Shown in pieces: positions 32,401 to 39,159 of a stretch of DNA of 64,000 nt. The DNA lies in the IMG/VR virus record IMGVR_UViG_3300012663_001306, positions 32,001-96,000 of that record; one strand, 5' to 3'. The position numbers were made by a program, and so were the translations under genes. Origin of the DNA: a virus. The notes under the pieces were generated by a model that was not told where the DNA came from, did not search any database, and saw nothing but the letters and a program-made list of their open reading frames with translations. Numbering within the stretch: the first letter of the stretch is position 1; the number at the start of each line of letters is the position of its first letter.

Positions 32401-33946
32401 AGGTCACAGCCGTTCCTCTAATTAAAGATTTTGGAGAAGCGGCGGTTGGATTTGCAGAAGTTAATAATAATGCAGTAGCATTACTAACAACTAGATTAAA
32501 TGTTTGACTACTAGGAGTTGTTCCTGTACCACTATCTGTTACAGTAACAGTAACAGACGCGGTTCCTGCGGCACCTGTTGGAGTACCAGTAATTGCACCA
32601 GTTGTAGTATTAATAACAAGTCCTGCTGGCAGTCCAGTTGCTGTGAATGTATAGCTAGGAACTCCATTTGCCGCAGTTACTGGAATAAAAGATGTAACTG
32701 CAACGTTTCTAGTAAGTGCAGGAATACTTGTAGATAATGTGGTAGATAACGGAGTTGTTACCGGAGTTGATGCACTTACTACTATGTTAAATGTTATAGT
32801 TTTAGTTTGTACTGGGGTTGAAGTGTCTGTAACTGTAACTGTAACAGAAGATGTCCCTACTGTAGTTGCAGTTCCGCTAATAAATCCTGTTGTAGCATTA
32901 ATAGTAAGACCTGCTGGTAATCCTGTTGCTGAAAATGTATAAGTTCCGCTGCCGCCAGCCGCTGTGCCGGATCTAAACGGAGTAATTAGTAAATTCTGTG
33001 TTACTGCAGGAATAGTACCTTGTGTTAACGTTAGTGCCGTTACTACAGGAGTGCTTGATAATACAATACTATAGCTTTGAGAACCTGTTTTTGGTGGACT
33101 AAAAGAATCAGATACCTGAATAGTAAAGGTTGTAGTTCCTACACTACCTGCAGGTGTTCCAGAAATTACTCCAGTTGTAGCATTTAATGTTGCCCAACTT
33201 GGTAACGATCCGCTTGCTACAGAATATGTAAAGGGTGCGGTTCCTGTACCGGCATTTACCCTTAACGTAGCAGAATATGCTGTGCCAACAGATGCTCCAG
33301 GTAAAGGAGCAGAACTTAGGACCGGTGCTGTGGCAATTACCGTGCCTCCTCCTGACACTACTTCTAATTGGAATGTTAAAGTTTGACTAATGCCAGCGGC
33401 ATCTGTAACTGTTAATGTATATGGTGCGGCGGCTACTGTGGAGGTACAAGTTCCAGTAATGGTAACGCTAGCACCGTTGTATAAAAATGGGCCAGCTTGT
33501 GTATCTGGATTTTTTTGTGTTACAACTCCGGGACTATATGTGGCAGTTAGGCCAGCCGGTAAACCAGCCAATGCGTATGTGTATACTGTTGTTCTTCCAG
33601 GAACTGTGATAGTACCGCCGGTTGGAACAATAGCACTTCCTCCGGAAATATCTGCAATCTTTTGATTAATAGCAGTTCCAACACCAAAACTAAAAACAGC
33701 AGTTGATGTTGGAACAATCCAAATTTTGTTGCCGCGATTAACTCCTCCCGTCGTGGAACTTAATGTTTCCGGAAACGGGCCGGCAGCAGGAGTGGCATAT
33801 CCGTTCTGTCTTGTATTAGTATTATACGTAACTTTCAGTATTTTATTATTGGGATTGATGTACCAATCCCCGGTCGTATAATTCCAGTTATTACCCATGG
33901 GGTTTGTCGCGTCATTCGGGTAAGGGGAATAAAATATTGCTGGCAT
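17495..33946 (-). CDS. Giant 5483-aa virion fibre/adhesin: ~22 putative Ig (He_PIG/cadherin-like) repeats, long collagen-like tract, seven DRGGLRYY-type modules
   Basis: Continuous ORF; LPxGLxxxxxTGxIxGTP repeats; hundreds of G[YF]xGSx hexapeptides; TAAATA 5 nt upstream of the ATG. Confidence 0.88.
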   Translation of the reverse strand: MPAIFYSPYPNDATNPMGNNWNYTTGDWYINPNNKILKVTYNTNTRQNGYATPAAGPFPETLSSTTGGVNRGNKIWIVPTSTAVFSFGVGTAINQKIADISGGSAIVPTGGTITVPGRTTVYTYALAGLPAGLTATYSPGVVTQKNPDTQAGPFLYNGASVTITGTCTSTVAAAPYTLTVTDAAGISQTLTFQLEVVSGGGTVIATAPVLSSAPLPGASVGTAYSATLRVNAGTGTAPFTYSVASGSLPSWATLNATTGVISGTPAGSVGTTTFTIQVSDSFSPPKTGSQSYSIVLSSTPVVTALTLTQGTIPAVTQNLLITPFRSGTAAGGSGTYTFSATGLPAGLTINATTGFISGTATTVGTSSVTVTVTDTSTPVQTKTITFNIVVSASTPVTTPLSTTLSTSIPALTRNVAVTSFIPVTAANGVPSYTFTATGLPAGLVINTTTGAITGTPTGAAGTASVTVTVTDSGTGTTPSSQTFNLVVSNATALLLTSANPTAASPKSLIRGTAVTSFIPVSPVTGSAGFGTLTYSISTNPTLPTGLSFSTTTGAITGTPSVVFTNGKFTVTVNDSATQTASADFYLEVILTPLVVARSAAIIPTLVRNKVATAFIPVTASGGADTTYTYSIDTATTAALPAGLTINASTGSISGTPTVTQSSVTHTVRVTNASGQTGTATFQLTVNAPATLTSVVNSASVTLGQNSTTGLPVTPVTVTAGGGGEAPLTYTIAGPNNATIPAGLAYNASNGQITSTAGPTGTLPTTQFTVTITDSTGQTVTGTFNLTINAVPLTFKVDTPKRDLAQFGAVTPFAPVSASGGVGVKTFYIDKVLPAGLIFTSSTGIISGAPTVISNTSTYSLTILDSNTPPSSAGPAVFDLSVYPPAVIVTQTADANKTLINLIPFTTFQPVVGSGGVGSLTYSILPPLGSGLSFNSTTGFVTAGTPNAASSATTYTITVRDSNPVQQSNSSTFILTINELPALDTNLSQTGYSFAKDTAITSFTPVTIKSAGYGIKTFSISPDVRAETGLTFSAVNGLISGTPTIIGSRQYTVTVTDDARQTSSKAFTLTINAGAIVAVAALPSSYTLIRGVPATSIYPAFRPVTATGGFGTLIFSIDTAFTTTTGLSFSNTGTITGTPIASIPKTNYTVSVIDQTGPTSAQSAQFDLTINNPPAVTISASLPSVQLIYQVAANTKPVTGAGGYGNLAYDIVPSVSSLGLTYNTGTGVITGTPTAISATATYSVIITDSIGQTNSQTFNLSVVYPAISLVQSRPIVSTVRIIGTLTNVIPVTASGGVTPLVYSVSPSITPYGLTYNSATGAINGTPTVTLATTTFTVSVTDAVSQPATTSTFRLFIEQEPPPPPIVITTSTLYASTVLRQYVRPTSFTPILASGGIGALTYNISPTLPKDLIFTTSTGQIIGVSTSTLTTATFTVTVSDQFIPPQQGTGTFRLGVVPPDPVSLTQIVGTQLLIQNVAASFTPVTAAGGVAPLRFTLDSPLPAGLTYDAKTGQVSGTPSVTFPNATFIVTVYDNVSSFGFQPDQFEQLTFDLEIEAPPALGFTQSTSTISLRQNTPFTPITVLQGTGGYGTLSYAISPTTLPAGITFNNGIINGSPTTYGLIQTYRIIVTDQAKQITSSTFTLEVTATPVSATTVIPLKALTQRVSTNVFTPVVGANGYIPLSYAVVPNLPTGLTYNTGTGSISGTASVSLNTSTFTVSVKDTQNNTTSSQFSLYVAPLPPLTTTLDVPTVSILRLVDTVNVFPVSASGGFGAITFGIDIALPSGLTFTRTNGNISGVATVVSLPKQYKITASDSVGQLSTQTFTLSVSDPPLTATTVIAVNTLTQYKPATAFTPVTVVGGASPYSYSILPALTGTGLSLNNATGSISGTPIVNFDTSVYTITITDTGSIAQTTSTSFSIKINTPDAVRSVLSAGASIVLVVDSSTSVTPVLGSGGTGDLSYSIAPNTLPANLGFDTITGVISGVPTVTLAPTTFTVTVRDSAVVPQTSATSFSLSVLPKPIVINVQNPTLVLTRYANIATPIIPVLASGGYGVLTYTLNPPTLPRSVTFDQYSGALSGTPTDPLSATLYTVTVTDTSTPAQVNTGTFTLSVGNTSPPPLVASVPTNPVNFTQNQYQIVVPVAASGGYTTPSSPYTYAINTSTTALPLGLSFNPATGELSGTALLLTSSALSFTVTITDGVPQTATNTFNLNVQVAPSTQGKGFAGSIGFTGSRGPIGWTGSQGFTGSKGLGGDRGFTGSMAYTGSQGAGFTGSQSYTGSFGFTGSKGEKGDVGTSVTIVGSVANYTYLPPGYSGALGDGYINSSDGHLWVFTNNVLEDSTHHYGFEDVGQFVGYAGSLGYAGSQGLIGFSGSTGYWGSRGDQGYTGSFGYTGSLGWTGSIGYTGSQSYTGSFGYSGSVGYTGSLGWTGSLGYIGSKGFQGSTGYNGSLGFSGSQGYTGSQSYTGSFGFSGSFGFAGSRGFSGSQGFTGSQSFVGSQGFIGSPGFTGFTGSRGVDGQYAALGFAGSAGFAGSVGFNGSVGFTGSQSFTGSFGYAGSFGFAGSRGFTGSLGFTGSQSFTGSFGFTGSFGFAGSRGFTGSIGYTGSQSYTGSLGFTGSLGFIGSRGYTGSQSYTGSLGYVGSLGYAGSFGYTGSFGFTGSSGAFAGKGFDGSVGYAGSFGFAGSRGFSGSQGFTGSQSFTGSFGFTGSFGYTGSIGYLGSRGFTGSIGFTGSEGYAGSFGFTGSSGAFAAIGFGGSQGYTGSFGYTGSFGYNGSRGYTGSEGYVGSLGYTGSFGYTGSLGYTGSQSFTGSSGYVGSFGYTGSLGYNGSRGYTGSQSFTGSSGYAGSFGYTGSFGYTGSSGAFAAIGFGGSQGFAGSQGIPGFGYTGSQSDTGWTGSRGYLGSRGFFGSSGFVGSIGFTGSQSFTGSQGELGWTGSIGYQGSVGDVGWIGSRGFLGSRGFFGSFGYTGSQGSGFTGSQSFTGSQGELGFTGSIGFTGSIGFTGSSGFAGSRGFVGSLGWIGSQGTTGFSGSQSFTGSIGYSGSLGYTGSLGYQGSVGFTGSQSFTGSVGFAGSLGYAGSQGSGFTGSQSYTGSFGYTGSIGPAGNSGFTGSAGFVGSRGFVGSVGFTSSQGYSGSQGYSGSDGFIGSTGYTGSQAFTGSTGYTGSQGAGFTGSQSYTGSFGYSGSLGYTGSQGFIGFSGSSGAGFVGSFGYTGSRGFTGSIGWTGSRGFIGSIGFRGSEGYAGSRGELGFAGSQGPLGFSGSQGRDGAFAAMGWTGSWGYTGSLGEQGPQGIQGIAGNDGYIGSQGDLGYTGSRGVDGIIGEIGYVGSQGVDGGFGFSGSMGYTGSQGDIGYSGSQAYTGSAGFVGSRAYAGSRGFTGSFGFSGSFGYNGSRGYIGSEGYVGSFGYTGSRGYSGSEGYAGSFGYTGSDGYTGSFGYNGSRGYQGSRGYIGSEGYAGSFGYTGSDGYVGSSGYTGSFGYSGSFGYSGSFGYSGSRGYVGSFGYTGSIGYTGSFGYTGSFGYTGSFGYSGSEGYSGSEGYTGSFGYAGSSGYTGSFGYAGSFGYTGSFGYTGSQSYTGSEGYTGSHGFAGSQGPRGADGTSVTILGNVATYLLLPGYPDTYTGARGDSYITDDGRLWVWTGSLWVDAGNIQGPQGNIGYFGSFGYTGSQSYTGSEGYTGSIGFTGSDGYTGSFGYTGSQGYSGSDGFIGSQGYAGSRGFTGSQGYAGSRGFTGSQSYTGSEGYVGSLGYTGSQGYSGSEGYVGSEGFVGSEGYTGSIGYTGSQSYAGSVGYTGSFGYTGSQSYTGSFGYTGSKGETPQAVIYNAATANLVDGVFVSGSVEDIQGFNDGNQFVFTDGNTTINPGTAPSGPAWIFNVTYTGVIRFNLVDLNVQYTTASGHVIYVQLYNYTTSSWDSIGSYNGLTGYYQFQLSVISSTPYIDAGTVQLRLYHENVGFAGYQTNIDYIAIVDSIKGGQGPRGITGWTGSRGYAGSEGYAGSFGYTGSQGEIGPEGLQGPQGDAGELGPQGPPGDLGYSGSEGYVGSEGYVGSEGYTGSQGVGYTGSQSYTGSEGYTGSQAYTGSQGSGFTGSQSYTGSRGALGFTGSQAYTGSRGAGFTGSTSFVGSQGDRGGLRYYFDNTLTAGVGSPGSIRFNNAVTSSVTQIYVNVVDTNSINFSNYIATWSGSNSPNKGTLLIKSNVNNVSATSAFTIVGAANLGTYYTLTVTYLSGAAPANNAQLVIEAKRTGDLGGLGFVGSRGAGFNGSFGYAGSFGYTGSHGYPSGLRYYLDATTTPGVTANGGLRYSDTDVVSVGALYFSNFDINGVDVGSYLAQWAASTSPGTKGQVIIKHYLMAQPVMTIFNVTGVVVASGYTQISVSFVSGYIPLADDKLAVEFVRTGDQGYAGSAGYSGSFGYSGSFGYTGSFGYSGSFGYTGSIGDRGGLRYYNDLSSQVAGVGTNGSLRFNNVVIGSVTQVFININDTNGVSFSTYIGQWGTNNPTATIKGQLIVKATSPSVSASSLWNITGVTNNSTYYTLSATYVSGSFSTANEPLAVEFVYTGEKGFVGSFGYTGSFGYTGSFGYTGSRGFTGSEGYAGSFGYTGSFGYTGSFGYSGSFGYTGSFGYTGSFGYTGSFGYTGSRGFTGSEGYAGSFGYTGSFGYTGSFGYNGSRGYIGSEGYAGSFGYTGSQGERLGLAFYYDDSSQSPGVTTDGSLRFNPAFTQIYINVKDIGGNDLSGYIARWADSKNPGTKGQLYIKNIIPTITYLSIWGISTIVNNGTYYTLNVSSFSGTLAGVLGGDVFALEYVPVGDFGYVGSRGFVGSFGFTGSQSFTGSQGESAGLRYYFDNTLTAGVGNAGSIRLNNAVAASATQAFINVTDVNSVNLATYISQWADSSNPTVKGQLIFNQNLAGSSPFLIYNVSSVVNNTSYYTINIANGSGTIPGNNDQLALNYVRAGDLGYGGSRGFVGSFGYTGSFGYTGSNSQSGLIYTWDTSALIAQVSGNPNGTLRLNNATPMSATTVFINRYDTNGADLQAWFNSFTTIVNPIKAQLVVRSNVATNSPNLYLADVTAVAASGTNSFALTITPQFYFGIANTELLGVFLVRSGERGYTGSSGFTGSFGFTGSFGYNGSQGDKGGIKYYFDNTATTPQTTGNGNVRFNNVTTIASVTGVYFNILDINSVNLGGYISTWADSTTPIKGQLIIRNNLNNVANVTIFNVTALTIGSNNYQFTVTYLSGAMFTNNDMLAITFIRTGDRGFVGSFGYSGSFGFTGSFGYAGSRGESSFVYDDNPPTSFVGSAGSVTTRIGDRWFDTTVGLEFIYTYDGDTFQWVEVAAGGGYIGAIGYTGSASAAVSLGFTGSSGAAVAVGFTGSIGRNSTDFMSIALTDEVSFIATGAAIVTFRVPFQMNLYQIPRASLSVQGSSPTIVDVKSNGASILGGNKLQVDTGSRTSRTSAVPTSLITTVLNDDDEITLDITAGGTIAKGLKVTIYYQRI
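21590..27290 (-). repeat. 18-bp-period coding repeat encoding G-[YF]-[TSAVN]-G-S-x
   Basis: Plus strand ctaccagt(g/a)taacc-type units; interrupted by three small globular inserts (~22050-22520, ~23020-23180, ~26900-27070). Confidence 0.9.
27305..33720 (-). repeat. Array of ~22 Ig-like (~95-100 aa) repeats
   Basis: 22 TGxIxGTP-type motifs counted by eye, each followed by xTVTVTD. Confidence 0.8.
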
Positions 33947-33978
33947 ATTAATATTTATTAAAAGTTAAACTTGGCAGT

Positions 33979-36267
33979 TTACGCACGGAATGTGATATCT
34001 AATAACGAATATGAAGTAAAACTAGCAGTGGTTACTACAGAATCATTTGGAGCTGAAAGATATATTGTATAATTTCCATTACTATCTGGTCCTGAATATG
34101 CAGGAGAATTTGAATCATTAGGATCAGAATTAACAGTTGTACATGATGCCCCAATACCAACTCCTTTCACATCCATATAAGGCTGAACGCCTGCTCCTAC
34201 GCCCACATCTGTAGCAAACAAAAATGCATCCCCAGGATTACCTGATACCGTTAAATCTAAAAATGGCGGCTTTGACTCAATCATAATAAAAATTGATCCA
34301 CCGGAATCTTCGTAATATGTATCACCTGGTCTCCATGTATCATAAGGATCTAATGTGTAATTTGTATAATGTTTAGGCGCACGTTGACGTTGATAATTTC
34401 CACTATCTCCTAACGTTAATCCAAACTGAGGTAAAAATTCTATGTATCCCGGAGGAAGTATTGTTATATTTGTAAATGTTACAGATGCAGTTGTACTAAC
34501 ATCTTGACCAATAGATATTGTAGCGGTTGATGCAGATCCGATACCGCCTGCCAATGTTACACCAACTCCCGCCTCTATTGTACCAATGTATTGGCCAGGG
34601 ATTCCTTGACTACCTGTATAACCAAACGATCCCACGTATCCTTCACTACCAGTATATCCAAAACTACCAGCATATCCATCACGCCCTTGGTATCCGGCAC
34701 TACCAGTATATCCTTCACTACCACTATAGCCTGCACTACCACTATAGCCTGCACTACCAATAAAACCGTCTGTACCTTGATATCCGTCACTACCAGTAAA
34801 GCCAAATCCGCCGGCCGGGCCTCTGCTACCAGTAAAACCCTGACTGCTAACATACCCTACGCTACCAGTCCACCCAATATCGCCTTGACTACCACTATAA
34901 CCAAATGAACCACTATAACCAAAACTTCCGGAGTATCCAATACTGCCAGTATAGCCCAAACTACCACTATAACCAAATGAACCAACGTAGCCAGAAGAAC
35001 CGCTATAACCAAAACTTCCAGAGTATCCAATACTGCCAGTATAACCAAATGAGCCTGCGTACCCGTCAACACCCTGACTGCCTTGGAATCCAGCTCCCCT
35101 ACTACCAACCCAACCAATATCACCTTGACTACCTACATATCCAACTGCGGCAAATGCACCGTCTTGACCTCGACTACCTACATACCCAATTTCGCCCTGG
35201 CTACCAGAATAACCAATACTACCAGTATATGCTTGACTACCTGTATAGCCTACACTACCTACATAACCTTCGCTACCGCTGTATCCTTGACTACCAAAGT
35301 ATCCTCTACTACCAGCAAATCCCTTGCTACCGGTATAACTTTGCGATCCAGTAAATCCTGCACCTTCACTACCTACATATCCTAGATCACCTTGAGATCC
35401 AATGAATCCTGTATCTCCCCTAGATCCTGTATATCCGTCACTTCCTGTAAATCCTATAGACCCTGTAAAACCTTCACTACCGACATAGCCTCTACTACCA
35501 GTGTAACCAAAGCTACCAGCATATCCGTCACTGCCACTATAACCAAATGAACCTGCATAGCCAAATGATCCACTATAGCCAAATGAACCAGTGTAACCAA
35601 AGCTACCAGCATATCCGTCACTGCCACTATAACCAAATGATCCGGTATAACCTACACCTTGACTACCAACAAAGCCTTCAGCACCGCGGCTTCCTACATA
35701 GCCTATAATCTGACCAACATCAATCCATTGTGTTCCATCCCAAACCCATAGGTGTCCGTCATCTTGAGAAATATAACCATCTGCTACGTTAGGTTGGGGA
35801 AATGTAGGATCACCAAAAGAACTAGGAGTTAACACACTCCCTTGAATTAATACCGACGTTCCTGGTGTTCCCGGATCACCTGGCAAACCTTGCGGTCCCG
35901 GATCACCCTTACTACCTACAAATCCTATACTACCAGTATAACCAAAAGATAACTCTGACCAATTTGATGTAGTGTTAGGCAGTGCCCCTGTATTAGGATC
36001 TCGAACCTGTCCAGGTAAGGGTAGGTACTTATAATACTTGCCACCGATATATGTTATGCCACCGTCTGTATAGGTTGTTGCAAGATATGCAATCATACCT
36101 TCTTGCAAACGCTGTCCTGTAATGTTTGTTAATCTATCGCCGGCTGAACCAGAAACATAACGAAGACCTCCGCGCATTTCTGCGTCAAGGATAATAGGAT
36201 GGTCAGAACTAGGGCTCCATGTGCCGGGCCACGTATTTCTTGTTAAGCCATCGTAATTAGCTGCCAT
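33979..36267 (-). CDS. Collagen-like fibre protein (G[YF]xGS repeats)
   Basis: 762 aa; repeat tract ~34600-35950; DGHLWVWDGTQWIDVG insert shared with neighbours. Confidence 0.8.
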   Translation of the reverse strand: MAANYDGLTRNTWPGTWSPSSDHPIILDAEMRGGLRYVSGSAGDRLTNITGQRLQEGMIAYLATTYTDGGITYIGGKYYKYLPLPGQVRDPNTGALPNTTSNWSELSFGYTGSIGFVGSKGDPGPQGLPGDPGTPGTSVLIQGSVLTPSSFGDPTFPQPNVADGYISQDDGHLWVWDGTQWIDVGQIIGYVGSRGAEGFVGSQGVGYTGSFGYSGSDGYAGSFGYTGSFGYSGSFGYAGSFGYSGSDGYAGSFGYTGSRGYVGSEGFTGSIGFTGSDGYTGSRGDTGFIGSQGDLGYVGSEGAGFTGSQSYTGSKGFAGSRGYFGSQGYSGSEGYVGSVGYTGSQAYTGSIGYSGSQGEIGYVGSRGQDGAFAAVGYVGSQGDIGWVGSRGAGFQGSQGVDGYAGSFGYTGSIGYSGSFGYSGSSGYVGSFGYSGSLGYTGSIGYSGSFGYSGSFGYSGSQGDIGWTGSVGYVSSQGFTGSRGPAGGFGFTGSDGYQGTDGFIGSAGYSGSAGYSGSEGYTGSAGYQGRDGYAGSFGYTGSEGYVGSFGYTGSQGIPGQYIGTIEAGVGVTLAGGIGSASTATISIGQDVSTTASVTFTNITILPPGYIEFLPQFGLTLGDSGNYQRQRAPKHYTNYTLDPYDTWRPGDTYYEDSGGSIFIMIESKPPFLDLTVSGNPGDAFLFATDVGVGAGVQPYMDVKGVGIGASCTTVNSDPNDSNSPAYSGPDSNGNYTIYLSAPNDSVVTTASFTSYSLLDITFRA

Positions 36268-36279
36268 TATATATTTCCA

Positions 36280-38280
36280 TTAAGATATGCTAACATAGGT
36301 ATTTCCAGGTTGCAGGACTATACCATACAGATTATAATTTTCTAAAACGTATCCAGACGGTACAACATCTGGAGATAATTGTACTGTTCGGTTAACTACT
36401 GTCACTCCGCTTAATAAACTTGCCGATGCGCCTGTTTGAAATACAGTAGGTTGTACAATACTACTCCTAACACCAAACCAAAATACTCTAGGAATAGCCA
36501 ACGTATTACTTACCGTTCCTGCAAATGTTTTAACTTGGTTGGCTAATACAGTAACTCCGGTCGTAAATGCAGATCCCGAAACAAGAATAGGCCGAGTTGG
36601 TGGAGCTGAAGTAGATGCTGTAAAAATCCAAAAACTAGGATATGTAAATGTTGGTGCTAGTATTAAGTCGCTAGCAGTTAATTGTGCGGTGTATGCAGAT
36701 CCTGTTACAGATATAGGACGTGAAAATGTAGCTGTTACACTTACAGATCTAGTTACATTAATATTATCTTTATGTACCGGAGTATCAAATGTAAAATTAC
36801 CCTGTCCTGTAGGATTGCTTACTATGCCTCCGGTTGGTGTTACGTTTGTAGTGTAATTTGACGGATTAGTTATACCTGTGATGTTGATAGTATATGGAGC
36901 CTGTGTATATGTTTGTAAGAATGTGCTACCTGTAGGGTCTACCATCGATATGGCCAACGTAGGTGTATTCCAGGTTACGGCCCATGTTGTTGTTACATCA
37001 GGAAATACTACCTCCGGAGTTGTATCAGATTTACTGTTAAAAATTACTGTTGCACTAGCGGTGCCGCCTGCTATTGTTGTGCTAATAGGTCGTATAGTTC
37101 CTATTCCATTAGTACTAAATGTCTGCGCCCATGACACTCCGCCGGCAGGAGTTGCTGTAGGACCAGTTGATGTATAAGAATTAGGAGTTGTAGTAACTGC
37201 ACCCGATCTAATAACTAACGAATTTACTGATGACAAATATTCTGTTGGGAAATCTAACGGGTTAGTAACTGATACGCTAAATCCTGAGCAGACTATATCC
37301 CAGTTTAGTAAAATAGCAGGTAGTATAGTAGATGTTGTAATTGGTGTAAATGATGCTAGATTAATAACAAATGCGCCAGCTAATAATTCAGTTGTTCTAA
37401 CTGGGTATTGTGAGCCGTTTGGATCTATGTATCCTGTTAGTCGTCTAGTTGTGCCAATGTTGGTAAAAACAAGGTTATTTGATCCTCGACTACCTACAAA
37501 ACCAGCACCTTGACTACCAGTGTAACCTAGTCCGGCACTACCTACATAACCTAGATCTCCCTGACTTCCTACAAAGCCCGATCCTGCACTACCTACATAA
37601 CCAATACTACCGGTATAACCTATAGGGCCTACATACGGACCTGCATCAATCCAAGTTGTGCCGTCCCATGACCAAAGATGCCCGGATCCAGACACTATAT
37701 AACTGTCGCCTATACTTCCTGTATACCCTACTGGTAAACTTCCGGAGTCATATACAACACCAGTTATATTAATAGACTTGCCATCTGCACCTGCACTACC
37801 TACATAGCCAGCTATGCCTGCACTACCTACATAACCTACACTTCCTGCATAGCCAAATCCAGTACTACCAGTATAGCCAATACTACCTACAAATCCCGAA
37901 GTTCCGCGACTGCCTGTAAATCCTGTGCCAACTGCTAGCCCGTCTACACTAAGCGTACCATTATTAACTACTAGAGTACTGCCACCTACATAGAATGTGC
38001 TAGAACTTAGATATATTGTTGCCCAAGGATTTGATAAAGTTCCTATTGTGCCTGTACTTAATGCATTTGTAACTGTATTAATTGCAGGTACTAAATTACC
38101 GCCTACAATACCACTACCTGCAGTATTGGGATAAACTAGTCTTCCGCCAGGAGTATAATCATCACCTACACGTAAAATACCACTATCTTCGTCGTAGAAA
38201 AGCGTGCCTTGAGGGGCTACCCACGTAGTTGCATCTACGTTGTTTACTCTACCAGCTTGTATTTTAAGAATTGAAGACAC
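36280..38280 (-). CDS. Fibre/structural protein with short collagen-like tract
   Basis: 666 aa, GTG start; GTLFYD..LRVGDDYTPGG N-terminus; GHLWSWDGTTWIDAG insert; TAAATA at 38301-38306. Confidence 0.75.
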   Translation of the reverse strand: MSSILKIQAGRVNNVDATTWVAPQGTLFYDEDSGILRVGDDYTPGGRLVYPNTAGSGIVGGNLVPAINTVTNALSTGTIGTLSNPWATIYLSSSTFYVGGSTLVVNNGTLSVDGLAVGTGFTGSRGTSGFVGSIGYTGSTGFGYAGSVGYVGSAGIAGYVGSAGADGKSINITGVVYDSGSLPVGYTGSIGDSYIVSGSGHLWSWDGTTWIDAGPYVGPIGYTGSIGYVGSAGSGFVGSQGDLGYVGSAGLGYTGSQGAGFVGSRGSNNLVFTNIGTTRRLTGYIDPNGSQYPVRTTELLAGAFVINLASFTPITTSTILPAILLNWDIVCSGFSVSVTNPLDFPTEYLSSVNSLVIRSGAVTTTPNSYTSTGPTATPAGGVSWAQTFSTNGIGTIRPISTTIAGGTASATVIFNSKSDTTPEVVFPDVTTTWAVTWNTPTLAISMVDPTGSTFLQTYTQAPYTINITGITNPSNYTTNVTPTGGIVSNPTGQGNFTFDTPVHKDNINVTRSVSVTATFSRPISVTGSAYTAQLTASDLILAPTFTYPSFWIFTASTSAPPTRPILVSGSAFTTGVTVLANQVKTFAGTVSNTLAIPRVFWFGVRSSIVQPTVFQTGASASLLSGVTVVNRTVQLSPDVVPSGYVLENYNLYGIVLQPGNTYVSIS

Positions 38281-38317
38281 GCCAAACCCTTACTTTAGCG
38301 TATTTACCGGAAAACGG

Positions 38318-38662
38318 TTATGATACTTTTTTGTTCTCAACCAGACGGTTGTATTCGGCTGTAAGTTCGTCATAATCTTCCGAAATATCAAATTCTGTTC
38401 GTGAGCCACCGGTTGTGTCTGCACCGTCATCGTCTAATATTTGATTTAGAACTGTACTGCGTTTGCCTGATTTATGTTTTTCTAACTCTAATTGTTGCTG
38501 TAAGGGAGAAACAAATACGGGTTGATCGGGCATTTCTCCATTGCCTGGAGTAGTAGAAACGACTGGATCGCCATTTCCACTGGGAATTGTAATATTGATA
38601 GGGATATTAATGGTAACTGTTCTGGTACCGTCAGCTTCTGATAATAATTCTTTTGCTCTCAT
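38318..38662 (-). CDS. Hypothetical acidic protein (MRAKELLSE N-terminus), possible internal head protein
   Basis: 114-aa ORF; TAAATA 6 nt upstream. Confidence 0.7.
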   Translation of the reverse strand: MRAKELLSEADGTRTVTINIPINITIPSGNGDPVVSTTPGNGEMPDQPVFVSPLQQQLELEKHKSGKRSTVLNQILDDDGADTTGGSRTEFDISEDYDELTAEYNRLVENKKVS

Positions 38663-38706
38663 AATATATATTTATGCCAAGGACTGTGTCTAAAGTAAAT
38701 ACCTCG

Positions 38707-39159
38707 ATGAATATACACGCAGATAAAGACTATTGGACAGCACTAAAGTGGCCCGCGGCTCCAAATTTAGACGATTATAGAGTATTTGAAAGCTACTGTA
38801 CAGGCCGTGTATTGCTCTTAGGTAGCACTCAACTGCTGTTGCCCTTGTGTACAGAAGCGTGGGATTTAGAGCCAGTGTATGCTGATCCTAAAATCAAACA
38901 AAGAGATTGGTTTAACTTAAACAAGCATTGGGATACCATTATTATAGATGGCGGGCTAAGTTTTGGCATGGAATTTACCTATCAACTGTTGCCTATAGTG
39001 CTGGCCAACTGTGATCGATTCGTTAGCCGCACATTCCTAAACCCTAACTGGCCTACAAAATATGCTTGTTATTTTCCCCGTGCCAACGAACTAACACCAC
39101 AACCCGTAGAACACCCCGTCAACGAAGTTTACACATTTTACATATGGAACAACAAATAA
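38707..39159 (+). CDS. Hypothetical protein, possibly degenerate class I SAM-dependent methyltransferase fold
   Basis: RVLLLGST..WDL..DWF..WDTIIIDGG pattern; start chosen at ATG 38707 (TAAATA 5 nt upstream). Confidence 0.5.
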   Translation: MNIHADKDYWTALKWPAAPNLDDYRVFESYCTGRVLLLGSTQLLLPLCTEAWDLEPVYADPKIKQRDWFNLNKHWDTIIIDGGLSFGMEFTYQLLPIVLANCDRFVSRTFLNPNWPTKYACYFPRANELTPQPVEHPVNEVYTFYIWNNK

